Positions 16,124 to 25,210 of a stretch of DNA of 30,233 nucleotides are shown piece by piece. Location: contig DATIIF010000040.1 of NCBI GenBank assembly GCA_035479935.1, positions 1 through 30,233 of the forward strand, written 5' to 3'. The notes under the pieces were generated by a model that saw only the letters and a program-made list of their open reading frames with translations, did not search any database and had not been told where the DNA came from. The translations under genes and the position numbers were made by a program. Source of the stretch: Patescibacteria group bacterium. GTDB taxonomy: Bacteria > Patescibacteriota > Saccharimonadia > Saccharimonadales > JACOTW01. The first letter of the stretch is position 1. Each line of letters opens with the position of its first letter.

Positions 16124-17860
16124 ATGGACGACGAACAAAAAAACCAAGCATCCGAAACTCGAGTAGTGGATTCCGAATCTAAGCCAACTGCAGATGTAAA
16201 GTCAGCTAGAAGAATTCCCATTAGCGCCGCTCATTGGCAGCGATTTAAAGACTGGTACGGCTCCAATAAAAAATGGTCGATTCCGGCCACGATCCTCTTG
16301 CTGGTAATACTTTTAGTCCTTGTACCCTGGACTCGATATAAAGTGGCCGGTTTGGTTATTAAGAAAAACTTCACTATCGAAGTTATGGATGCCACTAGCC
16401 GCACCCCGGTTAGCGGCGCTACCATTAGCATTGGCTCCGAAAACTCGCAAACGGACGGGAATGGTCGTGCGGCCCTACATCTAAGCAGTGGCCATCATGC
16501 TGTTTCGGTCAGTAAAAAATATTATCAAGATCGGCGAGCAGATGTGCTGGTGCCAATATTAAGTCAGAAATCTACGCCAGCCATTGGTTTAACCGCTACC
16601 GGCCGGCAAGTCAAGATTGTTGTAAAAGACCTGATAAACCAAAAAGTTTTGAGCGATGTTGACATTAAAATAGCCGACACCACAGCCAAGACTGATAAAA
16701 ATGGCACGGCTATAGTGGTAGTACCACCCGATGAAAGCACCCAAAAAGCCACATTGAGCATGGACGGCTACAACGATTCATCAGTAACAGTCAAAGTCGG
16801 TGACTCCAAAGTATTAGAAAACGACTTTATGCTGACGCCTACGGGTAAGGTGTACTTTATAAGTAAGCGCACCGGTAAGCTCGATCTGATGAAAGCTAAC
16901 CTGGACGGTTCTGGAGCCGAAGTTGTAGTCGCCGGTACCGGTAATGAGCATGATTATGACACCAAGCTCCTGCCGTCGACAGACTGGAAGTACGTGGCTT
17001 TTGTTGCCCAACGCAGCGCCACGGACCCGACACCGCAACTCTACATATTGGCGACAGCTGACGATAAGTTGTTGAGCGTGGACAGCGGCAACGCTATCTT
17101 TACACTTAAGGGATGGGCCGGTGACAACTTGATCTATTTTGTAAGCCGCAATGACGTTCAAACTTGGCAATCTGGTAAGGATAGACTTAAAAGTTACGAT
17201 GCCAGCAGCGGTAAAACCACACTTTTGGATCAAAGTGCGGCAACCGGGGATAGCAGCGCTTCGGCCTATGAGTTTTACGCATTGGTTACAATATCTGGCA
17301 ATAACATAATCTATGGTAAAAATTGGACTCAGGTCTACGGCACCACCTCACCGAGCGGTTTAATCGATGGCAAGCAGGATACGCTGGCTACAATTTCGGC
17401 TAACGGCCAAGGCCACAAAGTTTTAGCAAACTACGATGCCAACGATAACGTTCAATATGCTCAACATAGCTCCGTGGGTATCTATATCTGGCAGCAAACG
17501 GACCCATCCAGCGATAAATTCTTTGATTACACTGTTGGCTCAGCAGCGCCAAAAGATATCAATCTCAACAGCGACCAATTTTACCAAAATTATCCGCAGT
17601 ATTTTGTTTCACCATCTGGCAAGCAGACGTTTTGGGCCGAGAACCGCGACGGCAAAAATACCCTATTTGTAGGCGATTATACTGGCAGCAACTCTTCTAA
17701 CATTGCCAGCTTAAGCGACTATAGCCCATACGGCTGGTTCAGCGATGACTACCTGCTGGTAAGCAAAAGCAACAGCGAGCTGTATATTATGGGAACCAAG
17801 GGTGGCAAGGCTATTAAGATCACAGATTACCAGCAAACCGGCTATCCGGGCGAATATTAG
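16124..17860 (+). CDS. Membrane-anchored surface protein: two beta-sandwich (carboxypeptidase-regulatory-like) repeats plus a TolB-like beta-propeller
   Basis: Single TM, repeated (Q/K)TD(G/K)NG(R/T)A units, then KANLDGS, LLPSTDWKYVAF, VSPSGKQTFW propeller-like blades. Confidence 0.7.
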   Translation: MDDEQKNQASETRVVDSESKPTADVKSARRIPISAAHWQRFKDWYGSNKKWSIPATILLLVILLVLVPWTRYKVAGLVIKKNFTIEVMDATSRTPVSGATISIGSENSQTDGNGRAALHLSSGHHAVSVSKKYYQDRRADVLVPILSQKSTPAIGLTATGRQVKIVVKDLINQKVLSDVDIKIADTTAKTDKNGTAIVVVPPDESTQKATLSMDGYNDSSVTVKVGDSKVLENDFMLTPTGKVYFISKRTGKLDLMKANLDGSGAEVVVAGTGNEHDYDTKLLPSTDWKYVAFVAQRSATDPTPQLYILATADDKLLSVDSGNAIFTLKGWAGDNLIYFVSRNDVQTWQSGKDRLKSYDASSGKTTLLDQSAATGDSSASAYEFYALVTISGNNIIYGKNWTQVYGTTSPSGLIDGKQDTLATISANGQGHKVLANYDANDNVQYAQHSSVGIYIWQQTDPSSDKFFDYTVGSAAPKDINLNSDQFYQNYPQYFVSPSGKQTFWAENRDGKNTLFVGDYTGSNSSNIASLSDYSPYGWFSDDYLLVSKSNSELYIMGTKGGKAIKITDYQQTGYPGEY

Positions 17861-17875
17861 TGGTAAGGAGGCATT

Positions 17876-18199
17876 ATGACACTGGACGAGTATCAGGCAA
17901 AAGCTCTATCCACACTACTTGATTCAGCGAACGATTTGACATATGTCACCTTAGGTCTTAATGGTGAGGCGGGTGAAGTAGCCGACAAAATTAAGAAATG
18001 GATTCGCGATAGTGATTCTGATTTAGCCAGCCTAGATAAAGAAGCGATAATCAAGGAATTAGGCGATATATTGTGGTATGTGACGATTATGGCAAAGTTA
18101 CTGGGCTCTAGCTTAGAAGAAGTTGCCCAGATGAATGTCGGAAAACTTAATAGCAGATTGCAGCGCGACAAATTAGGCGGTAGTGGCGATAATCGTTAA
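17876..18199 (+). CDS. MazG-like nucleotide pyrophosphohydrolase
   Basis: [16 protein letters not shown]...ELGDILWY (EXXE...EXXD). SD TAAGGAGG. Confidence 0.9.
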   Translation: MTLDEYQAKALSTLLDSANDLTYVTLGLNGEAGEVADKIKKWIRDSDSDLASLDKEAIIKELGDILWYVTIMAKLLGSSLEEVAQMNVGKLNSRLQRDKLGGSGDNR

Positions 18200-18319
18200 A
18201 CCCGCTCACCTCCTTACTTTCCAGCACGCTCGAAAACTGGATATCATTCGTCCAGCCAGTCCGAACTCTATCTGTTTTCTCGCATGTGCTGTCAAGTAAG
18301 ACGTTCGCAGGTGACTAGA

Positions 18320-18345
18320 AAATTACTTAACAAGTTAAGTAATTT
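18320..18345. repeat. Dispersed palindrome copy abutting the AlkA stop codon
   Basis: AAATTACTTAAC-AA-GTTAAGTAATTT, perfect 12-2-12. Confidence 0.85.
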
Positions 18346-18970
18346 AATTTGGTGAGTTGTCCAGGCTTTGCCAAAGATACCAGGCGGCGACAGATTCGTA
18401 CGGGTGCCAGCCGTGTTTGTTGGCTATAGTAATACACATTGCCGGATCAGGCATCTCGGGCAAACCGTAGAGCCGCATCATCGCTTTTCGAATACCCAGA
18501 TCGCCAACCGGCAGCACGTCCAATCTGCCAAGTGTAAAAATCATAAACATGTGGGCGCTCCATTCGCCAATGCCTTTTACGGCGGTTAGTTGCTCGATTA
18601 ATTGGTCGTTGGGCATGTTAGAAATATGCTCCAGGTCTAACCGCCCGTCTATGATATGTTGAGCCAGATCTTTCATATAGCCGATTTTCGGGTAGCTGAT
18701 ACCGCAGGCCCGCAGTTTTTCCGGATCAGCTTTTAAAAGCTTTTCGGGCGATGGCAGCTCGCCATCAAACAGCGCCAAAACCCTTTGCCAAATACTGGCA
18801 GCCGCCTTTACGCTAAGTTGCTGTCCTACGATACTTCTGACTAGCCGGCCATAATAATTTTTGTGCGTTTCCAGCGAACAAGGGCCGTATTTTTTGATAA
18901 TCGGCGCCAGATGCTTATCCTTTCTAGCGAGGTATACCTCAGCTTTTGCTAGTTCTCTTGCCGATGCCAT
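18344..18970 (-). CDS. alkA: DNA-3-methyladenine glycosylase II (AlkA-like HhH-GPD)
   Basis: SIVGQQLSVKAA, LTAVKGIGEWSA (HhH), LPVGDLGIRK, WHPYESVAAWYLW. Confidence 0.85.
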   Translation of the reverse strand: MASARELAKAEVYLARKDKHLAPIIKKYGPCSLETHKNYYGRLVRSIVGQQLSVKAAASIWQRVLALFDGELPSPEKLLKADPEKLRACGISYPKIGYMKDLAQHIIDGRLDLEHISNMPNDQLIEQLTAVKGIGEWSAHMFMIFTLGRLDVLPVGDLGIRKAMMRLYGLPEMPDPAMCITIANKHGWHPYESVAAWYLWQSLDNSPN

Positions 18971-19021
18971 ATTTACATTAAAACAAATTGTAAAGAGAAC
19001 TATTAGCCTTGTGTTAAAATA

Positions 19022-19543
19022 TTGGTAGTTTACAGAAAAAATATAAAAGCCTGCCGGAAAATCAAAGAAAGAGAAGCCTTAGTGAATCCTTTGTCGCAAG
19101 TAGCGCCAGGAAACAACCAGTCGCTGGTGAATGGTGTGGTGCAATCTACAGCTCCGCCGACTTCTGTCCAGTCTCAGCCACCTATAGCCAACGCGCTCAA
19201 TGTAGAAATCGTACATGGTATAGCAGTTAAAGATCCTGATGATCCAAAATCGAAAGCCAAACCCCAGCCACAAAACACTGAATTTCTAGCACAGACTCGA
19301 AGTAGTGAAGACAAAGATTTAGATAAAATCCTTCATGATGTTAATAGCTCGGTTAAACAAGCTGGAAATTCACTAGAGACGCGGTTCGAGCACCTGGGCG
19401 GCGTTCGCAAAAAAGCCGCTATCAAAAAGGTCCAGCTAGACCGAGCTCATAATGGTACCCCGCCAATCACCGCGACAGCTATTGCTTGCTTGATCGCCTT
19501 GATCCTTTCCGCCTCAGCTCTGATGGTCTTTAAAAACGGTTAG
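19022..19543 (+). CDS. Hypothetical protein with C-terminal TM anchor (start uncertain; GTG 19082 possible)
   Basis: Pro/Gln-rich low-complexity N-region and a C-terminal hydrophobic helix. Confidence 0.6.
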   Translation: MVVYRKNIKACRKIKEREALVNPLSQVAPGNNQSLVNGVVQSTAPPTSVQSQPPIANALNVEIVHGIAVKDPDDPKSKAKPQPQNTEFLAQTRSSEDKDLDKILHDVNSSVKQAGNSLETRFEHLGGVRKKAAIKKVQLDRAHNGTPPITATAIACLIALILSASALMVFKNG

Positions 19544-19560
19544 TAGGATTTTCTAGAAAT

Positions 19561-20196
19561 ATGAAAATTACCAAATTTGTCCATTCGTGCTTACTGGTAG
19601 AGACTTCAGAAATTAATGTGCTTTTTGATCCCGGTAATTTTACTTGGGATAGTCATCTGTTGAATATTAATGAACTGCCCAGTCTTAACTCTATTGTTAT
19701 TACTCACGAACACCCTGATCACTATCATGAACAGGGTCTTAAGAAACTGAGCCATCGTTTTCCCAGAGCCACTATTATTACCAACAATGATTTAGCCGAA
19801 AAAATTTCAAAGCTCAAATTGCCAAATCCCATTCAGGGGGGCAGTGATGAGAACGTAGTAGTTTTTGAAGCAGTACATGAGCCGTTGCCCCTTAACGTGC
19901 CGAACGTTTTAAATATCGGTGTTCATATTCAGGATAAACTTACCCATCCCGGCGACTCATTTGCCTTTAAGCACACGTGCGAAGTCTTGGCTCTACCGCT
20001 GACTGGGCCATGGGCCAGCTTAAGGGATGCGCTAAAAACTGTAGTTGAACTAAAGCCCAAGACCGTGATACCAGTTCACGACTGGGAATGGCATAAAGCC
20101 GCCCGCGAGGCTCGCTACTCCATGTGCAAGAACTTGCTGGAGCCGCACAGTATAGAATTTATCGGACTCGAAAACGCCCAGCCAATCGAGATTTAG
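19561..20196 (+). CDS. MBL-fold metallo-hydrolase
   Basis: HSCLLVE, DPG, THEHPDH, HPGDS, IPVH motifs. Confidence 0.9.
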   Translation: MKITKFVHSCLLVETSEINVLFDPGNFTWDSHLLNINELPSLNSIVITHEHPDHYHEQGLKKLSHRFPRATIITNNDLAEKISKLKLPNPIQGGSDENVVVFEAVHEPLPLNVPNVLNIGVHIQDKLTHPGDSFAFKHTCEVLALPLTGPWASLRDALKTVVELKPKTVIPVHDWEWHKAAREARYSMCKNLLEPHSIEFIGLENAQPIEI

Positions 20197-21500
20197 TCAT
20201 TAAATTCCTGGCGCAACCACTCATCTAGACTTTTGCCACCGCCGCCGCTCAGACCTATAACTAAATCGCCATTTTTCAAATGTTTTTTTACGATGGTCTT
20301 TAGCTTTTCATTAAGCTCTGCCGGGCGAGCAACTGCTTCCGCTGGCGTATCAAGAAACTTTATTAAATCAGCTGGACTAAGAACTGGCTGGTTGGGATCT
20401 TCACGAGCCAAATAACTGGGCACCCAATAAAGTGCGTCGACACCGTCAAAAACGTCCTGGTGTTGTTCTTTCATGTAGTGCATTCGGCGATTGGTAAGCG
20501 GTTCATAAATAATAATTATTTTTTGCCCGGTTTTTTGGGCGGTTTCCAAAGCAACACTCATAACACCTCGGATCTTATCCGGGGTGTGGGCGTAATCGGT
20601 GTATAGATTTTCGGTTAGTTTCTCAAAGCGGCGACTAACGCCGGGGAAGTCGTTCATGAGTTTAATCAGCTCGTTAGGGGGCTTTTGGGTCAGGTGTGCA
20701 GCAGCTCTGATTGCCAGCCACCCATCGAAGCGGTTATAGCGGCCAATTAGCTTAATGTCATCAATAAAAGTTGTATTTTCTGACTCTATAAAAAGACCAG
20801 GCGTCGATTTACTTAACAAGTCAAGCTTTTCAGCGTCGTTGTGCCAAAGTACTACTTCCTGGCTTTGAGCAACAAAAAGTCTAAAGGCGTCAAAGTAATC
20901 TTTTTCGGTTGGAAAAATTTCATGATGATCCCAAGCCACACCACTGACAATCGACAAACGAGGCTTAAAGGCTAAAAAGTTTCGGTCGAATTCGTCGGCC
21001 TCATAAACAAAGTATTCACTCTTAGGGTCAAATTGACCCATGTCACCAAAACTGATTTTGGCACCGACGCTGTAGCTGGTAGGAATCTTTAACTGCTTAA
21101 ATAACCAGACAACCATTGCTGTAGTGGTGGTTTTGCCATGTGTGCCGGCAACAGCGATTAGCTTAAGTTCTTTTTGCGACAGAATCTCATTTAACAGTTC
21201 ATCACGCTTGGTCATTTTAATGTTATTTTCTTTGCAAAAGGTAAATTCTGGATTATCTGGGAAATCTAACGGCTGCGCCGAACCGTACACAAACCAATCG
21301 ATTGGTTTGCGAGCATGCACGGCAGCTATTTGTTCACGCGTGAGGCCTACATGCGTATCTTCAATACCCTGTTTTCTCAGGTACGCCAGATATTGGCTAT
21401 CCCTCCCATCAGATCCACTGACTTCATACCCCGCTTCTTTAGCAATTACCGCCAAGGCGCTAATAGCTGCCCCACCTACGCCCGAAAAATAGACATGCAT
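20193..21500 (-). CDS. murC: UDP-N-acetylmuramate--L-alanine ligase-like Mur ligase
   Basis: FSGVGGAAISALA, VSGSD, IAVAGTHGKTTTT, YEADEFDR, DHHE, PGVSRRFE, DYAHTP. ATG 21500 is preferred over the track start. Confidence 0.8.
   Translation of the reverse strand: MHVYFSGVGGAAISALAVIAKEAGYEVSGSDGRDSQYLAYLRKQGIEDTHVGLTREQIAAVHARKPIDWFVYGSAQPLDFPDNPEFTFCKENNIKMTKRDELLNEILSQKELKLIAVAGTHGKTTTTAMVVWLFKQLKIPTSYSVGAKISFGDMGQFDPKSEYFVYEADEFDRNFLAFKPRLSIVSGVAWDHHEIFPTEKDYFDAFRLFVAQSQEVVLWHNDAEKLDLLSKSTPGLFIESENTTFIDDIKLIGRYNRFDGWLAIRAAAHLTQKPPNELIKLMNDFPGVSRRFEKLTENLYTDYAHTPDKIRGVMSVALETAQKTGQKIIIIYEPLTNRRMHYMKEQHQDVFDGVDALYWVPSYLAREDPNQPVLSPADLIKFLDTPAEAVARPAELNEKLKTIVKKHLKNGDLVIGLSGGGGKSLDEWLRQEFND
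20810..20826. repeat. Dispersed palindrome copy (imperfect, inside murC)
   Basis: TACTTAAC-AA-GTCAAGC, identical over 17 bp to the copy at 12904-12920. Confidence 0.55.
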
Positions 21501-21603
21501 AAATATAGGGTATAGGACACAGGACACGGGGTCTAGTAAGTTTAATGACAATGGAGTTTTGACGGGTAGGGGCTGGCGTGACAAGATAGAAAGAGCTAAT
21601 GCT

Positions 21604-22218
21604 ATGAAAAGATCATCATTCATATTGTCATTTATTAAATATGTACCCAGGTACGTTTTTTTAATTTTGTTTATTACGAGTGCTTTAATATCAATCCATG
21701 CGCTGCGCCAGAATAATTTGCATATGGTTAAACTGCGTGATGCAGTTTACCAAGCCGATAAAAACAACGGCGATGTAAACACTGCACTAAACAGTCTGCG
21801 AGCTTACGTTTATGCTCACATGAATACCAATTTATCAAGCGGTACTAACGGGATTAAACCGCCTATCCAGCTTCCCTATACTTATGCCAGATTGGCATCG
21901 ACAGCTCAGCAACAATCCAGCAACGCTGGCCTTTACACCGAAGCTGAAAATTATTGCCAAGCAAAAATTCCGGCCAGTGAGTCGATATCCGGACGCGGGC
22001 GTATATCTTGCGTGCAGGATTATATATTAAGCCATGGCGGTAAAGTAGCACCAGAGGTGCCAAAAGTTCTATACGAATTCGATTTTATCAGCCCCTCTTG
22101 GAGCCCGGATCTAGCCGGCTGGAGCCTGATCTTTACAGCTATTTTCTTCTTGGCTTTTATAGTCAAACTGGCATTCGATAAGATATTGGGCGCTCAACTA
22201 AGGCACCAACAACTTTAA
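21604..22218 (+). CDS. Hypothetical two-TM membrane protein
   Basis: TM at both ends around a periplasm-like domain with a Cys pair (ENYC...ISCV) and WSPDLAGW. ATG 21604 avoids a long overlap with murC. Confidence 0.7.
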   Translation: MKRSSFILSFIKYVPRYVFLILFITSALISIHALRQNNLHMVKLRDAVYQADKNNGDVNTALNSLRAYVYAHMNTNLSSGTNGIKPPIQLPYTYARLASTAQQQSSNAGLYTEAENYCQAKIPASESISGRGRISCVQDYILSHGGKVAPEVPKVLYEFDFISPSWSPDLAGWSLIFTAIFFLAFIVKLAFDKILGAQLRHQQL

Positions 22219-22249
22219 GACCCACGGCCCTTTCGAGCGCGTGGGTCTT
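22217..22249. terminator. Hairpin between convergent genes
   Basis: AAGACCCACG...CGTGGGTCTT, 10-bp stem directly after the stop codon. Confidence 0.65.
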
Positions 22250-22270
22250 CTTGGACAGTCCTAAGTTAAT

Positions 22271-22900
22271 TTATCTTGCAGTGTTGTTTTGAGTCGAGCT
22301 AGGTGTAGCTTGGGTATTGGTGTTTGACTGTGTTTGGTTTGTTGTTGCACTACAGTTAGGACCATTTGGATTCTGTTTGATGTATTGCTGGATAGCCTGT
22401 ACGACTTTACCGTTGTCTTTCAGGTTCTCCCAGAAGGCTACTTGATTGCGATTGATCACCATTTCGTCATATGGCGAGTGCAATTGTTGACAGCCTAGTT
22501 TGGTAAGTTGCGGGTTAGATTGACCATTTTGTGATGACTGATCAGTAGTTAAGTAGTAGATGTTGTCTAACACAACGTATTTGTCGGTCATCTTAACGAT
22601 ATGACCGAAGTAGGTAGAGTAGAGCACCGAACCGCTAGTAACTCCGCCATTTAGGAAAAGTGCCTGGTATTTACTTTGACTAACTCTATCGAACTCAGAG
22701 CTTGCGTTGTTGTTACTGAATCCCAGGTAAAGTGATACGGCGGCAAGAAGCAAGGCAGTGCCTACAAGCAGCGTAAATAGCTCCAACCTGACTGTTCTAG
22801 TTGCCCAATCAATGTGTTTTCTTCGACCTGAGTGTGCTGGCCCCATTGTGTTTAGGGGTTGGGAGGCGTTACTGGCCCCACCACGAGACAAAAATGCCAT
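22271..22900 (-). CDS. Hypothetical membrane-anchored protein (family I associate with CPR genomes)
   Basis: Single TM, YQALFLNGG...YFGHI...LDNIYYL, LTKLG..LHSPYDEM.INR.QV.FWENLK. Confidence 0.75.
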   Translation of the reverse strand: MAFLSRGGASNASQPLNTMGPAHSGRRKHIDWATRTVRLELFTLLVGTALLLAAVSLYLGFSNNNASSEFDRVSQSKYQALFLNGGVTSGSVLYSTYFGHIVKMTDKYVVLDNIYYLTTDQSSQNGQSNPQLTKLGCQQLHSPYDEMVINRNQVAFWENLKDNGKVVQAIQQYIKQNPNGPNCSATTNQTQSNTNTQATPSSTQNNTAR

Positions 22901-22983
22901 CTGTTGATATACCTCTTTTATTTAAAATACCCCATTATAATAACGCATAAGCGTTTTAAAGGGCAAGCCCGACTTAAATAAAT

Positions 22984-23039
22984 CTAGACTTTAATGTCAA
23001 AGTCTAGGGTTGACAAGAGTAAACACCTCAGAGTATTTT
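22984..23039 (+). promoter_or_regulatory. Palindrome immediately upstream of a sigma70-type promoter
   Basis: CTAGACTTT-AATGTC-AAAGTCTAG (22984-23007), then TTGACA (23010-23015) and a weak -10 TATTTT (23034-23039). Confidence 0.5.
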
Positions 23040-23078
23040 AGGAGTACCATTAGTAATTAACGGAGAGAGGGATAAGCA

Positions 23079-23282
23079 ATGGCTTATAAGCATACAAACA
23101 GCAAAGGTGTTACATACTACTTAAACTCTAAAGATGTCACATTGCGTGGCGGTAAGAAACAAACTATTTACTACTTTAGTAAGGACGACCGTCCAGAAAC
23201 AGGTACAGAGTTGCCTGATGATCGAAAAGTAGAAGAAAACCCACGTAACGGGTTCCTAACACTAAAGCGCAAAGACAAATAA
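23079..23282 (+). CDS. Small basic conserved-looking hypothetical protein
   Basis: 67 aa with a purine-rich RBS, its own promoter and a terminator. Aromatic-rich YYL...IYYFSK, P...V.EN.RNG...LK. Confidence 0.8.
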   Translation: MAYKHTNSKGVTYYLNSKDVTLRGGKKQTIYYFSKDDRPETGTELPDDRKVEENPRNGFLTLKRKDK

Positions 23283-23302
23283 TTTAAAGCTCGGTTCGAT
23301 AG

Positions 23303-23328
23303 AACACCCGCTACCGGCGGGTGTTTTT
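23303..23328 (+). terminator. Intrinsic terminator
   Basis: AACACCCGC-TACCG-GCGGGTGTT followed by TTT. Confidence 0.85.
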
Positions 23329-23345
23329 GTTAGAATAATATTTGA

Positions 23346-24104
23346 ATGTCCAAATCGATTGTTAAAGTTGATGATCTGCATAAATCCTACAACGGCAAAG
23401 AAGTTGTTAAGGGAATCAGTTTTGAGGTAAAGGCTGGCGAGACATTTGGCATTTTAGGCCCAAATGGCGCTGGTAAAACCACTACGCTCGAGATGATAGA
23501 AACGCTGCGCCCGATAGATAAAGGCATCGTTACCATCGACGGCGTCAATGTATCGGAAAATCCGCAAAAAATTAAATATATGATCGGTGTGCAAACCCAG
23601 TCAACGGCTTTCATGGACAAAGTCAAACTTACCGAACTTTTAGAGCAGCAAGCTGCCGCCTACGGCGAGCACATCGACCCACTCAAATTATTAAGAGATG
23701 TTAACTTAGAAAGCCAGGCCGGCAACTATATTGAAAACCTATCCGGCGGGCAAAAGCAGCGCTTCAGCATTGCAGCAGCTCTGGTCCATAGCCCCAAGGT
23801 ATTTTTCTTAGACGAGCCGACTACCGGGCTCGATCCGCAAGCCCGCCGCCGTTTATGGGAGCTAATCCAAACGGTAAAAGCTAAAGGCGTCACAGTCATA
23901 TTGACTACTCATTACATGGAAGAAGCGGAGATGCTGTGCGAACGAGTGGCGATCATGGATGAGGGCACGATTGTTGCTATGGACTCACCAAAGAATCTGA
24001 TCAGACAGCTACTTGCAAAGGGCTTCAAAAAGGAGCGGCGTGTCGAGCAGGCCGACTTGGAGGACGTATTCATTGATCTAACGGGCAAGGAGTTAAGAGG
24101 TTAA
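23346..24104 (+). CDS. ABC transporter ATP-binding protein (ABC-2/DrrA-like)
   Basis: GPNGAGKTT, LSGGQ, FLDEPTTGLDP, TTHYMEEAE. Confidence 0.95.
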   Translation: MSKSIVKVDDLHKSYNGKEVVKGISFEVKAGETFGILGPNGAGKTTTLEMIETLRPIDKGIVTIDGVNVSENPQKIKYMIGVQTQSTAFMDKVKLTELLEQQAAAYGEHIDPLKLLRDVNLESQAGNYIENLSGGQKQRFSIAAALVHSPKVFFLDEPTTGLDPQARRRLWELIQTVKAKGVTVILTTHYMEEAEMLCERVAIMDEGTIVAMDSPKNLIRQLLAKGFKKERRVEQADLEDVFIDLTGKELRG

Positions 24105-24106
24105 TT

Positions 24107-25210
24107 ATGCCAAAGTGGCTTTATACGGTAGCGGTATTCGCCAAAATCAGCATCAGGCGCTATTTCCGGGACAAAGTGGCGATTTTCTTCACTGTGCTTT
24201 TCCCACTGATTTTCCTTGTCGTGTTTGGTAGTTTCAGCAAAGATAATAATGTGTCATTCCATATCGCCCTGATCAACCAGAGCCATAGCCAGTTCGCCCA
24301 GAAATTTGCCTCCGACACTAAAAACAGTAAGACGTTCAAGGTGAACGATAGCACCACACTGGATCAAGCCAAGCAAAAGATGAGCCGCAGTGAAATTGAT
24401 GCCGCAATAGTACTGCCCTCAGGTTTTGGAGAGGTCAAAAACAACTCCTATCCTTCCGGCCAAGCAGTGATTTATTATGACGAGAACAGTGCTCAAGCTG
24501 CCCAAACACTAAAAACCGTACTCCAGGGGCAATTCGAGGGCATAAACTCCAGCCTGGTGAAAATTCAGACGCCGTTCAGCGTCGCCAGCAAATCAACTAA
24601 CGCCCAGGGGCTATCCAAGCTGGACTATACGGTGTCAGGTTTGATTGGTTTCGCGATTATCGGGTTGGGAGTTTTTGGCCCCGTAAATTACTTCCCACTG
24701 ATGAAAAGGCAAGGAGTGTTGCGGCGGCTACACATAACACCTCTGCGCGTCTGGCAATTCTTCGTTTCTAGCGTGTTGAGTAATGCGGTTATTGGACTTT
24801 TCTCTATTGCCATAATGATTGCTGTGGCGTCTTCGCCTTTGTTCCACTTTAAAATAATCGGCAACTATTTTGAGCTGGCAGTATTTATAGTTCTTGGCAT
24901 ACTGACCATCTTTGGTATTGGGTTGGCTATCGGCGGCTGGGCCAAGAACGAGAACCAGGCGGCACCGCTGGCTAACATCGTGGTTTTCCCGATGTTGTTT
25001 TTGTCAGGTACTTTCTTCCCGCGCTATGCGATGCCTGAGTGGCTGCAGCATGTCACTGCTTTTCTGCCGCTAACACCAATTATTGATGGTATCAGGATGA
25101 TTGCCACAGAAGGGAAGCACCTGACAGATATTGGTCCACAACTCGGCCTGATAGCTATTTGGGCTGTGATTATTTATGCCATAGCGTTTCGTGTCTTTCG
25201 CTGGGAGTAG
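24107..25210 (+). CDS. ABC-2 type transporter permease
   Basis: N-terminal TM, large extracellular loop, 5 C-terminal TMs, FLSGTFFP...MP.WLQ...LPLT. Confidence 0.92.
   Translation: MPKWLYTVAVFAKISIRRYFRDKVAIFFTVLFPLIFLVVFGSFSKDNNVSFHIALINQSHSQFAQKFASDTKNSKTFKVNDSTTLDQAKQKMSRSEIDAAIVLPSGFGEVKNNSYPSGQAVIYYDENSAQAAQTLKTVLQGQFEGINSSLVKIQTPFSVASKSTNAQGLSKLDYTVSGLIGFAIIGLGVFGPVNYFPLMKRQGVLRRLHITPLRVWQFFVSSVLSNAVIGLFSIAIMIAVASSPLFHFKIIGNYFELAVFIVLGILTIFGIGLAIGGWAKNENQAAPLANIVVFPMLFLSGTFFPRYAMPEWLQHVTAFLPLTPIIDGIRMIATEGKHLTDIGPQLGLIAIWAVIIYAIAFRVFRWE

Noticed and set aside
18320-18345. Palindrome as an SOS/LexA box because it neighbours alkA
   Set aside because: It lies at the 3' end of alkA, and most copies are at stop codons rather than promoters.
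20193-20196. Overlapping convergent stop codons (MBL/murC) and the 3-nt gap after lepA
   Set aside because: Common compaction in small genomes, with no additional signal.
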